Source of the DNA: an uncultured Gammaproteobacteria bacterium
GTDB taxonomy: Bacteria > Patescibacteriota > Microgenomatia > Levybacterales > GWA1-39-11
Assembly: GCA_964531275.1 (NCBI GenBank)
Contig: CAZHDZ010000004.1
Location: 3,068 to 67,067 of the forward strand
DNA: 64,000 bases
Direction of reading: 5' to 3'
Below, piece after piece: positions 26,879-36,501 of the stretch. The notes beneath the pieces were generated by a model that saw only the letters and a program-made list of their open reading frames with translations, searched no databases and was not told the DNA's origin. The stretch's first letter is position 1. Each line of letters begins with the position of its first letter. A program made the translations under genes and the position numbers.

Positions 26879-28384
26879 ATGAAAGATAAAATATTAGCAG
26901 CTCTTTGTGCCATTTACTTACTCATTACGTCCTTTAATTTAACGCTTCTTCCTATTTTCAATGATGAAAGCATCTATCTTGATTGGGGAATACGAGCAAC
27001 AACCCAGCCGGGGATGCTTTATTACTCAGTGTATGACGGCAAACCGCCTCTTATGATTTGGTTTTTTGGAATTTTTGAGCAGCTTTTGCCAGACCCGTTG
27101 TTAGCTGGACGGCTTGTTTCGATCATTTTTGGCCTTGCAACTCTTCTTGGGATCTTTTCTCTTAGTAAATTTCTTTTTGGCAAAAAAACGGCATATATAA
27201 CGAGCGTTCTTTATATATTCTCCCCGCTTATCTTTTTCTTTAATCGTCAAGCCCTTATGGAATCTGGTGTTGCTGCCACTGGAGTCTGGTCGACATATTT
27301 CTTTATTCGATTTCTAAAGTCTAATATGCCAAAGCACGCCTTCTATTCAGGTCTAATTTCAGGCATTGGACTTTTTATTAAAACCAACGCGACATTTTTT
27401 CTCATTGTGTCTCTTGTAGCAGGTACGTATAGAGCTTATAAAACTAAAAGTAGCATTACGGTAAAATCACTATTTCTCATGATTGCTGCATTTTGTGGCG
27501 GTTCAATTCTTCTTCTCATAAATCCCGACTTTTGGGCAACAATGCACCGAAATGCTCGATACGGAATGACTTTGTCTGAGCTATTACGCTTTCCTATTGG
27601 AATCTGGGCAAATAGTCTTTATATAAATAGCCTGATTTTATTAACAACCATTACACCATTTATATTAATAGCTTCTATATATGGACTTATTCAATGGAGG
27701 AAAAAATACGCCCTATTCATACTTCTCATTGTATCTCCAATCATTCTAGAGACTCTAACCGTAAGACAGCCTGTTCAGAGGTATCTCGTAAGCTATACCC
27801 CGTTACTGCTTATTCCAGCAGGATTTGTCTTTTCAAATCTTATTAATAATAAAAAACCCCTAGGCTTTATAGTCTTTCTAGTTTCCATCTTACCCGCATT
27901 ATATTTGGTGTGTTTACAGATTTTTTCACCAGTTACATACTTTCACACAACGCGCCTTGTCCCTAACATTACTGATAATGGATATATTGCAGGTCAATTA
28001 TCAGGGTACGGAGTAAATGCTCTTGTCCCCAAGATAAATGCTCTTGCAGATAAAAAAATTCTTGTAATGTTTGCTGAAAATACAGGGAATCCTGAGAGTG
28101 CAGTCAATATATATTTTGAAAAAAATAAGAATATACAGACAGGATACATGCAAAGCAGCTACTTTGGAGATCAATTAAAAAACTATACCTGCATTATTGA
28201 GAAAAATGGAACACCTATGTATTTCGTTAGTAGATCTTCATATTTAGCTGGCCTTGAAAAATTCATAACTCAAATCGATACAATCAAACTTCCTGAGTCT
28301 CAAGAGTTTATTGGGATATACAGAGTAAATAATGACTGTCCAAAAGAGAAAAGCCTTATAGTGGAGCCTGTAATGAGTCCTTAG
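26879..28384 (+). CDS. GT-C fold glycosyltransferase (ArnT/PMT-like, family GT39/GT83-like)
   Basis: 501 aa with about 11 TM helices. A DE motif in the first loop (FNDESIYLDWG), as in ArnT/PMT_2 enzymes. Confidence 0.65.
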   Translation: MKDKILAALCAIYLLITSFNLTLLPIFNDESIYLDWGIRATTQPGMLYYSVYDGKPPLMIWFFGIFEQLLPDPLLAGRLVSIIFGLATLLGIFSLSKFLFGKKTAYITSVLYIFSPLIFFFNRQALMESGVAATGVWSTYFFIRFLKSNMPKHAFYSGLISGIGLFIKTNATFFLIVSLVAGTYRAYKTKSSITVKSLFLMIAAFCGGSILLLINPDFWATMHRNARYGMTLSELLRFPIGIWANSLYINSLILLTTITPFILIASIYGLIQWRKKYALFILLIVSPIILETLTVRQPVQRYLVSYTPLLLIPAGFVFSNLINNKKPLGFIVFLVSILPALYLVCLQIFSPVTYFHTTRLVPNITDNGYIAGQLSGYGVNALVPKINALADKKILVMFAENTGNPESAVNIYFEKNKNIQTGYMQSSYFGDQLKNYTCIIEKNGTPMYFVSRSSYLAGLEKFITQIDTIKLPESQEFIGIYRVNNDCPKEKSLIVEPVMSP

Positions 28385-28731
28385 TCAACTATTTTTCCTT
28401 CGACATATTTACCATGCGAATAAGTTTCAAGAATTTTTACATTTTTAGCATTTGCTTTATAAGCTACATCAAAAATGACCCCGAGGAATGGGATAAGTCC
28501 CACGATAAAGTCAATGGCAATATTAAGAAGCATTTTTAGAAAATCTGTTTTTGAAACTCCAACTTTGTAAGCTGTGTGCAAAATAAAAAGACTAAGGAGT
28601 GTACCGATGATATCACCGACCCAAGGAATAATATTAATAATCGGATCGAGGCCAAATCGCACACCACTAATATTGAACTGTGAGTCCAATAATTTTGCGA
28701 GCATTCTAGCTGTTCGTATTCGTTTGTCCAT
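28381..28731 (-). CDS. DUF4112-like small membrane protein
   Basis: RFGLDPIINIIPWVGDIIGTLLSLFIL pattern typical of DUF4112. Two TM helices. Confidence 0.5.
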   Translation of the reverse strand: MDKRIRTARMLAKLLDSQFNISGVRFGLDPIINIIPWVGDIIGTLLSLFILHTAYKVGVSKTDFLKMLLNIAIDFIVGLIPFLGVIFDVAYKANAKNVKILETYSHGKYVEGKIVD

Positions 28732-29008
28732 TAATTAAAAAAGTGTTAATTTCAGAGAGCAGTTCGTTTTGTCCATTATCAAGCTTAGGGGACGTTGGAT
28801 CAATACCACATTCTGTAAGAAAACCATCATTAATGTTGTTAAAAATTTTGTAAAGATCGTAATCTGTAGGCAAATCCAACCCATCAAAGCTTCTACCTGA
28901 AAGAAAATAGTAGTATTGACCTTTTCTGAGGGGATGTTCCCGAAGACGTTCTTCTAATGGTTCGGCGTCCGATACTACAACAGCATTCTTAGGGATCTCG
29001 ACGTTCAT
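28706..29008 (-). CDS. Hypothetical protein
   Basis: 100-aa ORF. It overlaps the downstream gene by 26 nt. Confidence 0.35.
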   Translation of the reverse strand: MNVEIPKNAVVVSDAEPLEERLREHPLRKGQYYYFLSGRSFDGLDLPTDYDLYKIFNNINDGFLTECGIDPTSPKLDNGQNELLSEINTFLINGQTNTNS

Positions 29009-29051
29009 TTTAAAAAATATATCACAAGAAAAGTTGCTATATCAAGAAGGA

Positions 29052-29315
29052 TTATTGCCGTACGTTTTGAGGAAAACCGGCTATTAACTCTGCTAACCTT
29101 TCTGCCTCTGTGAGAGGAGGAATCTGCAACAAAGCTTCAGTTGCCTCATGATCTTTACATGCTCCAAATCTATATTCCGGCCTTTGTCCTCCTTCAGTTT
29201 TGTCTACATAATTCGTGAGAGGGGTTTCTCTTATTCTTTTCTCATAAGGTTCATATGTGCATACCCACACCTGTCCTGTCGTTGCGTCAAATGATGGAAT
29301 TTGTCTTTCTGCCAT
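29052..29315 (-). CDS. Hypothetical protein
   Basis: 87-aa ORF. No recognisable motif. Confidence 0.35.
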   Translation of the reverse strand: MAERQIPSFDATTGQVWVCTYEPYEKRIRETPLTNYVDKTEGGQRPEYRFGACKDHEATEALLQIPPLTEAERLAELIAGFPQNVRQ

Positions 29316-29355
29316 GAATGAAATTGTACCAGAAAGATACAGTAATGCAATGAGT

Positions 29356-30096
29356 CTAGCTTATTTTCAGATGGTACTTAAGGGTAAATATCCAGTCTTC
29401 GTCAAAATAGTCACTATTTAATTTTTGCTCCAACATCCATTCCAAATAATTTTTGTCGTAAGAGAGAACTTCTTCTATTTTTTTACCTTTGTGCTTACCG
29501 TAGTTAAATATTCGCAGAAGCAAGGGCTTTTCTGAAATTTCCATCATTTCATTCAAAATATTTTCCTCGCTGTGCCCTTCATCTTTCATACGCTTGTAGA
29601 GATATTCAAATAATTTCTCAAGCACAATAACATCCCCTTCAGCATCGTGCGCAACAGCCTTAACATTGAAATCTAAATAATACCTGAGATATTGCAAGCC
29701 GTATTCAGGAATTTCGTTATCCAAATCCAAAAATCTAATAATCTTTAACGTATCAATAAATCTTTTAACCGATATTCCTTCTTTATACAGCATCTCCACG
29801 TCAAAAGAAGCATTGTGAGCAACAAGGATATTCTCATCTAAGATGTTTTGTAAATCCTTCTTCATCTGAGAAGAAAAGAATGGCTCTGAATTCTTCACCA
29901 TTTCATTAGTTATATGGGAGATGCTCATAGACTTAACAGAAATTGGAATTTCTGGCTTGAAATATGAAGATACAATCGTCCCTTGGAATTTATAAGCGAC
30001 CTGGGTAAGCCTATCTACAAGGAAATCTATACCCGTCGTTTCTGTATCAAGATATACAACTTTATCCATTATATTGAGGCTAATTGTATCATACAA
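29356..30096 (-). CDS. DEDDh 3-prime-5-prime exonuclease (DnaQ-like) with C-terminal DUF3820-like domain
   Basis: Exo I YLDTETTG, Exo II AHNASFD and Exo III HDAEGD motifs. C-terminus FNYGKHKGKKIEEVLSYDKNYLEWM. Confidence 0.75.
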   Translation of the reverse strand: MYDTISLNIMDKVVYLDTETTGIDFLVDRLTQVAYKFQGTIVSSYFKPEIPISVKSMSISHITNEMVKNSEPFFSSQMKKDLQNILDENILVAHNASFDVEMLYKEGISVKRFIDTLKIIRFLDLDNEIPEYGLQYLRYYLDFNVKAVAHDAEGDVIVLEKLFEYLYKRMKDEGHSEENILNEMMEISEKPLLLRIFNYGKHKGKKIEEVLSYDKNYLEWMLEQKLNSDYFDEDWIFTLKYHLKIS

Positions 30097-30119
30097 TGAA
30101 GGTTTTCGAAGATTTTAGA

Positions 30120-30659
30120 CTAAAGCAATCCTAACTTTTTAGAACATCCTCCCCATGGACCCCATCCACGGCGGGACTGAAGAAGCTTACCTTTTGATAT
30201 TTGCTCTTCGGCAGACGCATCCGATGGTTTCCCGATTCCACCTACAGAGGCCCATGCACCAAGAGAAAATTGAAGACCTCCATAATATCCGTTCCCTGTA
30301 TCAGACTTCCAATTTCTATGAGATTCACAATCTGCAATCTTATACCAAATCTCATCGCTTGAAGCATTAACAATAGGAGTTGGTGTGGGGGTCACTTTGT
30401 CTACTTCAAAACTCATTGCAATTATTTTCTCTTCATTAGGTGCTTGCGGAGGATTTATAACTTCACGTTTTGTTGCCCCAAGACCTGCTCCCAGAAAAAC
30501 ACTTTCCTGACGATATTTAACGTCTGACTCAGAATGAGCTACCCGAGCAGTATGGGTTATCAAAAAACCAGCAGATATTAGCACTATTGAGACGATAAAA
30601 CATACTCTAAAAACGAGGGACGTGAAGAAACTAGGCACTATCGGTTGTGCACTTTCCAT
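30120..30659 (-). CDS. Resuscitation-promoting-factor-like transglycosylase (secreted/anchored)
   Basis: TM/signal anchor. C-terminal WYKIADCESHRNWKSDTGNGYYGGLQFSLGAW matches the Rpf/transglycosylase-like domain including the catalytic Glu. Confidence 0.7.
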   Translation of the reverse strand: MESAQPIVPSFFTSLVFRVCFIVSIVLISAGFLITHTARVAHSESDVKYRQESVFLGAGLGATKREVINPPQAPNEEKIIAMSFEVDKVTPTPTPIVNASSDEIWYKIADCESHRNWKSDTGNGYYGGLQFSLGAWASVGGIGKPSDASAEEQISKGKLLQSRRGWGPWGGCSKKLGLL

Positions 30660-30753
30660 CTTTGTAAATTATACTGACACTGAACCTATGATGCAAATTT
30701 GAAGCTATTTTTGATGTATTGACATATCCCAATACTGGTATATAAATAGTTAT

Positions 30754-31884
30754 ATGCGCTCTCAACTGTCCAAAGTGCTTTCTGCTTTTTTGTTTGTAAT
30801 CCTTGCAATTCTTCTCATAATTAACGCTCCCGATGCGAAAGCTGCAACAGCAAATTCAGTTGTTATCTCAGAAATTCAAGTAGGTGTGGCCGGCACTGGA
30901 AACTCTACTCAAGAATTCATTGAACTTTATAATCCAACAGATTCAGATGTTAATTTAAGTAATTGGAAAATTGCTAGAAAAACACAGGGTGGCGGTTCTG
31001 ATATTCCAGTTTCCCCATTGGTAGGAGTTATAAAATCCCACGGCTATTATCTTGTAGCACACATTGATTATTCGGGTACTCCAGCCGCTGACATTGAATA
31101 CTTCGAACAAGAACCCATTGCTCCAAATAACACTATTTTGCTTTATGGTGGAGCCGATGGTACAACATTAGTAGATAAGGTGGGAATAGGAACAGCTACA
31201 GACAAAGAAGCGTCAGCTGCACCGGCCCTTACTAATAATGGAAATAGTGTAGAAAGAAAGGCTAATGCCTCCTCTACGATTGAAACCATGACAACTGGAG
31301 CCGACATGCTTATGGGCAACGGTGAAGATACTAATAATAATGCTTCTGATTTTATTATGAGGACAGTTTCAAACCCTCAAAATTCATCAAGTTCAGTTGA
31401 GCCAGTACCCACAGCTACTCCTACGTTAACAACGACACCTACTGCTACCATGACGCCAACAGCAACCCCAACAGTAACTGTTACTCCTACAGCTACTCCA
31501 ACCCCAACAATGACTGCAACCCCGACTCCAACTGCAACGATCACACCAACAATCACAATGACGCCAACAACAACACCCACGGTAACCGCTACCCCCACAG
31601 CTACCCCAACACCTACTGTGACAACCACTCCTACAGCTACAGTGACCCCAACTGTAACTGTCACACCAACCGCTACTCCAACTCCTACTGTCACAATAAC
31701 TCCAACAGCAACACCTACTCCAACTGTTACAATGACTATCACTCCAACAACAACAGTAACTCCAACTCCTATTGCTACATTCCCAACATTTAAAGTCGTT
31801 TGCACAAATAAAATTCTTAGCTTCAATATTCTCTCTATGCACTTCAGTGTGCCCCTACTTACCTGCAACGTAGTCAAACTCTAA
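30754..31884 (+). CDS. Secreted lamin-tail-domain (LTD) protein with long Thr-Pro repeat region
   Basis: Signal peptide. [38 protein letters not shown] is the LTD signature. Then about 130 aa of (TPTxT)n. A likely promoter TTGACA-16-TATAAA sits immediately upstream. Confidence 0.65.
   Translation: MRSQLSKVLSAFLFVILAILLIINAPDAKAATANSVVISEIQVGVAGTGNSTQEFIELYNPTDSDVNLSNWKIARKTQGGGSDIPVSPLVGVIKSHGYYLVAHIDYSGTPAADIEYFEQEPIAPNNTILLYGGADGTTLVDKVGIGTATDKEASAAPALTNNGNSVERKANASSTIETMTTGADMLMGNGEDTNNNASDFIMRTVSNPQNSSSSVEPVPTATPTLTTTPTATMTPTATPTVTVTPTATPTPTMTATPTPTATITPTITMTPTTTPTVTATPTATPTPTVTTTPTATVTPTVTVTPTATPTPTVTITPTATPTPTVTMTITPTTTVTPTPIATFPTFKVVCTNKILSFNILSMHFSVPLLTCNVVKL
31395..31790 (+). repeat. 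Coding low-complexity repeat (ACN-CCN)n encoding TPT/TVT linker
   Basis: Degenerate period of about 15-18 nt. It generates spurious antisense ORFs (VGV repeats). Confidence 0.8.
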
Positions 31885-31929
31885 TTCTTGTAGTCAAGCC
31901 TCAAATACTGTACGCTTTTAATATTATCA

Positions 31930-32976
31930 ATGGACAAGTTAGATAAAGATCTTATTGAAGACTTAAAGTCAGAATCCTTGCGGTATATCTCCGATAGTAA
32001 TCCTGGTTTTTTTAGGCAAAAGAATCGAAATACTTTTTCGTACTATGATACCTATGGCAATAAGATTAAAGATGATAAAACACTCACCAGAATTCAAAAA
32101 CTAGTAATTCCGCCTGCGTGGAGGCATGTATGGATTTGCCCACAGGCAAATGGACATTTACAAGCGACAGGAATAGACGAGAAGGGCCGAAAACAATACA
32201 TTTATCACGAAGACTGGGTAAAGATAACTCAGCAGAATAAATTCTCTAAAATGATCGATTTTGGATTATCCTTGCCATTGATCCGTCAGAAGGTACGACA
32301 TGATATGAATATGTCTGGAATGGACAAGAGGCAAATAATAGCAACTATTATCTGGTTACTAGAGCACACATTTGTTAGGATTGGCAATGAAGAATATAAA
32401 AAAGAGAATGACTCTTACGGCTTAACAACTCTTCACAACCGTCATGTAAAAGTTAAAGGAAATGAAATGGTATTTAGGTTCCGCGGCAAGCATGGAGTTG
32501 AAAGTATCATTGAAGTTACAAATCCAACAATTGCCAAAACAATTAAAAAGTGCATAGAGCTTCCGGGCTATGAGCTCTTTCAATATATAGACGAAGATGG
32601 AAGAAAGCATGTTGTAGACTCGCAGGATGTAAATGAATTTCTTAAGGAAATTACCAACGATGAATTTACAGCAAAAGACTTCAGGACTTGGGGTGCAACA
32701 AATTTATCTTCAAAAATTCTTAATACAATTGGGGAAGCTGAAAATAAAATAATGCTTCAAAAGAACGTACGCTCAATGGTGAAAGAAGTAGCTTCGCATT
32801 TAAATAACACAGTGAATGTATGTAGAAATTACTACATACATCCGACCGTTATCAAAACGTACTCAAAAAGAATACTCGTACCACATTTCGCTAATCACAA
32901 AGGGAAAAAGCCCAATATTAAAGGCCTTACATGGAGCGAAGAGGCTCTAGTTAAATTACTACAGAAATATTCGTAA
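31930..32976 (+). CDS. DNA topoisomerase IB (bacterial/poxvirus-type)
   Basis: IPPAWRHVWICP, FRFRGKHGVE and KDFRTWGAT blocks in the order characteristic of bacterial TopIB. Confidence 0.8.
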   Translation: MDKLDKDLIEDLKSESLRYISDSNPGFFRQKNRNTFSYYDTYGNKIKDDKTLTRIQKLVIPPAWRHVWICPQANGHLQATGIDEKGRKQYIYHEDWVKITQQNKFSKMIDFGLSLPLIRQKVRHDMNMSGMDKRQIIATIIWLLEHTFVRIGNEEYKKENDSYGLTTLHNRHVKVKGNEMVFRFRGKHGVESIIEVTNPTIAKTIKKCIELPGYELFQYIDEDGRKHVVDSQDVNEFLKEITNDEFTAKDFRTWGATNLSSKILNTIGEAENKIMLQKNVRSMVKEVASHLNNTVNVCRNYYIHPTVIKTYSKRILVPHFANHKGKKPNIKGLTWSEEALVKLLQKYS

Positions 32977-32978
32977 TT

Positions 32979-33401
32979 CTAGAACCCCTCGCCATCTTCC
33001 TTCTTCATAGCACCTTCTGCATTGTGAGAGACATTTCCATCCATGTCTACTGAATCACCATTTTGAAGCAAAACCTCTTTACCATCTTTTTGTGTTATTT
33101 TTCCCTCAGAATTAATCTTATCTCCATTGGTAAATGACATTTCGCTATCCAAAGTACTCATAACGCCATTTTGGATTACCCAAATAACATTATCTTTCAT
33201 AACCACTCTGTTAGCATCAGATTTAACTTTCTCCATGGTCTTATCTTTTTCTGCAACCATTTTATTCAATTCAAGAATTTGTGGTTTGTACTTTGCACGT
33301 GCAACTAAATATCCACCCGCAAAAGCGATTATAAGAGCTACAACGACCATTATCTTCATAGACTTATCTTTATCAGCAACTGTACTTTTTTTACTAGCCA
33401 T
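32979..33401 (-). CDS. Hypothetical membrane-anchored protein
   Basis: 140 aa with an N-terminal TM helix. Confidence 0.4.
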   Translation of the reverse strand: MASKKSTVADKDKSMKIMVVVALIIAFAGGYLVARAKYKPQILELNKMVAEKDKTMEKVKSDANRVVMKDNVIWVIQNGVMSTLDSEMSFTNGDKINSEGKITQKDGKEVLLQNGDSVDMDGNVSHNAEGAMKKEDGEGF

Positions 33402-33499
33402 AATAATTCACCACCTTTCTTAACTAAATTGATACTTATTATTTAATAGTTATTTACTGGGGGATGTCAAGGAGAGGAGGGGGACTTTATCACTCAAAG

Positions 33500-34303
33500 C
33501 TATTGCAAGGGAAAATACTCACGCACTATCTTTACAGATTTGGCAATGTCCCTGTAGTATTTTTCTCGGGCATTGAGTATGCGTGGACACAGCTCTAGAT
33601 TTATAAGTCCATCATATTTTGTTTCTTTAAGATATGTTAAAAAACTATGGTAATTAAGATCTCCATCTCCAAGCCCCATATGCTCTTTCTTTTTCGTGTA
33701 ATCAGATAAGTGAATGTTTTTTAAATACGGACTTATTTCAGCGAATCCATCTGCCTTATGAGGCTCTGGCTCCATTAGATGCGATATATCTAGAGTAAAA
33801 CCAAAATTATATTTCTTACATAATGTATCGAAGTACTCAAGGTCTGTTGCGCTATCATGATGTTTCTTGCTTACATAGTGGAACATTGGCATCAACTGAT
33901 AAACATTTGTCATATTTTCTATCAGAATATCAACTTCATACTTTTTCCTCATTTCAACAAGCCATTTATAATATGCTTTCGATTTATCTGAATTGAGATG
34001 CTGATTAACTAAGGGATGAGCAACAAATTTAGCATCAAATTTCTTTGCAAAATACATTGCTTTCTCGTCCTGCCAATAACCTGCAACTGACCATGCTGGC
34101 TGATGAATAGAAAGAATAGGCACACTGTACCTTTTAGAAAGTCTGACAAGCTTACTAAGATAAAATCGAGTTTTCCACCCAATAACAACTTCAAGTCCTA
34201 CTTTTAGATGAGAGGCGAGCAGAAAATATTCTTCAAGAGCAATACCGAGGGGAATATCTGCAATTGAAAAAGTCAGAGAAGGACCTTTCTTTGGTGAATC
34301 CAT
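33500..34303 (-). CDS. Xylose-isomerase-like TIM-barrel protein (sugar phosphate isomerase/epimerase or AP endonuclease 2 family)
   Basis: ILIENM, LDISHL, HLSD and GxGDGDL metal-binding blocks. The start is taken at MDSPKK (34303) to avoid a 5-prime overlap with the divergent gene. The track ORF extends to 34363. Confidence 0.6.
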   Translation of the reverse strand: MDSPKKGPSLTFSIADIPLGIALEEYFLLASHLKVGLEVVIGWKTRFYLSKLVRLSKRYSVPILSIHQPAWSVAGYWQDEKAMYFAKKFDAKFVAHPLVNQHLNSDKSKAYYKWLVEMRKKYEVDILIENMTNVYQLMPMFHYVSKKHHDSATDLEYFDTLCKKYNFGFTLDISHLMEPEPHKADGFAEISPYLKNIHLSDYTKKKEHMGLGDGDLNYHSFLTYLKETKYDGLINLELCPRILNAREKYYRDIAKSVKIVREYFPLQ

Positions 34304-34339
34304 ATCATATTCTACCACTAAAAGTTGTATACTAGCCTC

Positions 34340-34939
34340 ATGTATTCCCAAGCAATCTCCCACTTTAGAAAAGCAGACCCATTACTTTACGAGTTGGCAA
34401 AAAGCATTGATCCATTTGTTCTTGAAAAAAGCCCAAACCACTTTATAAGACTCGTACGAACAATTGTCGGCCAACAACTATCGGTTAAGGCTGCTTCTAC
34501 TATATTTGGTAGATTTGAGAAATTATTTAAGGACGAAATTAATGCAGCAGAAATTCTAGAACTTAAAGACGCTGACATGAGAGCATGTGGAATTTCATAT
34601 CCAAAGATTAAATACATAAAAGATCTTTCTGATAAAGTACATACGAAAGAACTGCTACTCGAGACTTTTGAAGAGGCAGACGAAACTACTATTATTGAAA
34701 ATCTCACTCAGGTTAAGGGTATCGGGACTTGGTCTGCAGAAATGTTCTTAATGTTTGCGCTTGCTCGTCCTGATGTATTTTCCGTAGGAGATTTGGGCCT
34801 TCGAAATGCAATGATAAAGTTGTATGGACTAACAAAGCCTACCAATGAAGAATTGCTAAAAATAGCTGAAAAGTGGAGTCCTTACAGAACGTATGCGTGC
34901 AGAATTTTATGGCAAAGTCTCAATAACTCTCCAAAATAA
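34340..34939 (+). CDS. HhH-GPD DNA glycosylase (AlkA-like 3-methyladenine glycosylase II)
   Basis: VKGIGTWSAEMFLMF (HhH) followed by VFSVGDLGLRNA (GPD with catalytic Asp). The track ORF starts at TTG 34325. ATG at 34340. Confidence 0.8.
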   Translation: MYSQAISHFRKADPLLYELAKSIDPFVLEKSPNHFIRLVRTIVGQQLSVKAASTIFGRFEKLFKDEINAAEILELKDADMRACGISYPKIKYIKDLSDKVHTKELLLETFEEADETTIIENLTQVKGIGTWSAEMFLMFALARPDVFSVGDLGLRNAMIKLYGLTKPTNEELLKIAEKWSPYRTYACRILWQSLNNSPK

Positions 34940-35368
34940 CTAGTACCCTATTTTCTTAAGGATTTTCATATAAGCTTTTGTCGGAACAGAAAGATCCATC
35001 TTGCTCATTTCAGCAAGACTGAACCATGCGAGCGCACTGCATTTTTCTGGTTCTTTAATGAATGGCTTTCCTTTCTTTATTTTTGCTATGAACCCTGATG
35101 TTATCCAGTGTTGGCCCTCTTCTTTTATAATATGGTCAAGAACAGGTAGCTGTTCATAGGTTGTTATCTCTATCCCCAGCTCTTCTTTCATCTCGCGCTT
35201 AATGGTAGCCTCCATTGTATCCCCAAACTCTACCCCTCCACCGGGAAATTCCCACTTTCCCCGCTCATTTTTAGCTTTAGGACCACGTTGAGAAAGTAGT
35301 ATCTTGCCATTCTTATCAACTATTACTGCTCCAATTCCTACACCAATATAATCAATTCCTTTTTTCAT
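34940..35368 (-). CDS. NUDIX hydrolase
   Basis: Nudix box GGGVEFGDTMEATIKREMKEELGIE. The probable start is MKKGIDY (35368). The track ORF continues to 35470 through a GC-rich repeat element. Confidence 0.75.
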   Translation of the reverse strand: MKKGIDYIGVGIGAVIVDKNGKILLSQRGPKAKNERGKWEFPGGGVEFGDTMEATIKREMKEELGIEITTYEQLPVLDHIIKEEGQHWITSGFIAKIKKGKPFIKEPEKCSALAWFSLAEMSKMDLSVPTKAYMKILKKIGY

Positions 35369-35535
35369 ACCACAAATATACCACACTACCAAGGGATGAA
35401 CTAGTGATTGATGGGTAGTGATTAGTGGCAGGGTAGCATAGCATTGGGACCTATTGAGAATACGACGCAAGCATATGATTAACGAGCAGAGCGGGCGGAT
35501 GTATTCGCGAGATGGGAGAATACGATGACAGGACC

Positions 35536-36501
35536 CTAGACAATCTCTACTTCCACTTCAGGGGTGAATCCGAAGGATTCTTGCATCTCTTCTTCAATTT
35601 CAGCAATTATTGATTTCACGTCCTGAGCCTTTGCTCCTCCCATATTTACGATAAAATTCTGATGCTTCTCGCTTACCTTTGCAGCGCCTACCTGTTTTCC
35701 TTTAAAACCGAGTCTATCAATTATGTAACCCATGCTTACTTTTCCATGCCATTTACCATCCACCAATTCTCGAATATCACTCCAAGACTCTAAAATTCTA
35801 TCAACCTCTTCCTTTTTTGAAATATTCTTAAATACACTTCCACAATTTGGATAATCCAGTGGGTGCTTGTCTTGACGATAAGTTATATTTTCAAAATATT
35901 TCTCGTGCGCATTTAGCAATTCTTCTTGAGTCCCGTCACGCAGACGAAATTGAGCTGATATAACGATTAACTTTTCTTTCTTAACTTTACTTGAGCGATA
36001 CTCAAATTCCATCTCATCATGATTTAAAGTAAGTTCTTCATAACTTCCGTCCTCCTGCAGTCTTATGCAATGTGCTTTTACAAAAACATCTTTTATCTCG
36101 CCTCCAAAAGCTCCTACATTTCCTCGTACTGCAGCACCAACCGTACCCGGAAGTCCTCCCGCCCATTCAAGACCCACAAGGCCTAATTCAAATTGTGCTT
36201 GGATTACACTATCAAGAAATTCTCCTGCAAAGCTTTCGATTAATCCATTTTCCAAAAATCTTACACCCTGCCCATCATCTTGAGACTGAAATCTAATAAC
36301 AACCCCATCAAAACCCTCATCCGGAAAAAGAAGGTTTGATCCAAGGCCTAGTACAAAGACATTGGTAATATTATTTTGCTTTATATAGGAAAGTGCTTCG
36401 TAGACATCTTCTTTTGAAGCCACATCGATAACAATTTTGGCTACACCACCAATTTGATACCAGAGAATAGTTGAGAGTAGAACGTTATTGTAAATTTGCA
36501 T
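35536..36501 (-). CDS. murB: UDP-N-acetylenolpyruvoylglucosamine reductase
   Basis: FAD-binding N-terminal domain (VLGLGSNLL) and C-terminal NCGSVFKN motif of MurB. Confidence 0.85.
   Translation of the reverse strand: MQIYNNVLLSTILWYQIGGVAKIVIDVASKEDVYEALSYIKQNNITNVFVLGLGSNLLFPDEGFDGVVIRFQSQDDGQGVRFLENGLIESFAGEFLDSVIQAQFELGLVGLEWAGGLPGTVGAAVRGNVGAFGGEIKDVFVKAHCIRLQEDGSYEELTLNHDEMEFEYRSSKVKKEKLIVISAQFRLRDGTQEELLNAHEKYFENITYRQDKHPLDYPNCGSVFKNISKKEEVDRILESWSDIRELVDGKWHGKVSMGYIIDRLGFKGKQVGAAKVSEKHQNFIVNMGGAKAQDVKSIIAEIEEEMQESFGFTPEVEVEIV

Noticed and set aside
31377-31877. Two overlapping minus-strand ORFs encoding (VGV)n / Cys-Trp-rich products
   Set aside because: Antisense reading of the (ACN CCN)n repeat that encodes the TPT linker of the LTD protein. 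Compositional artefact.
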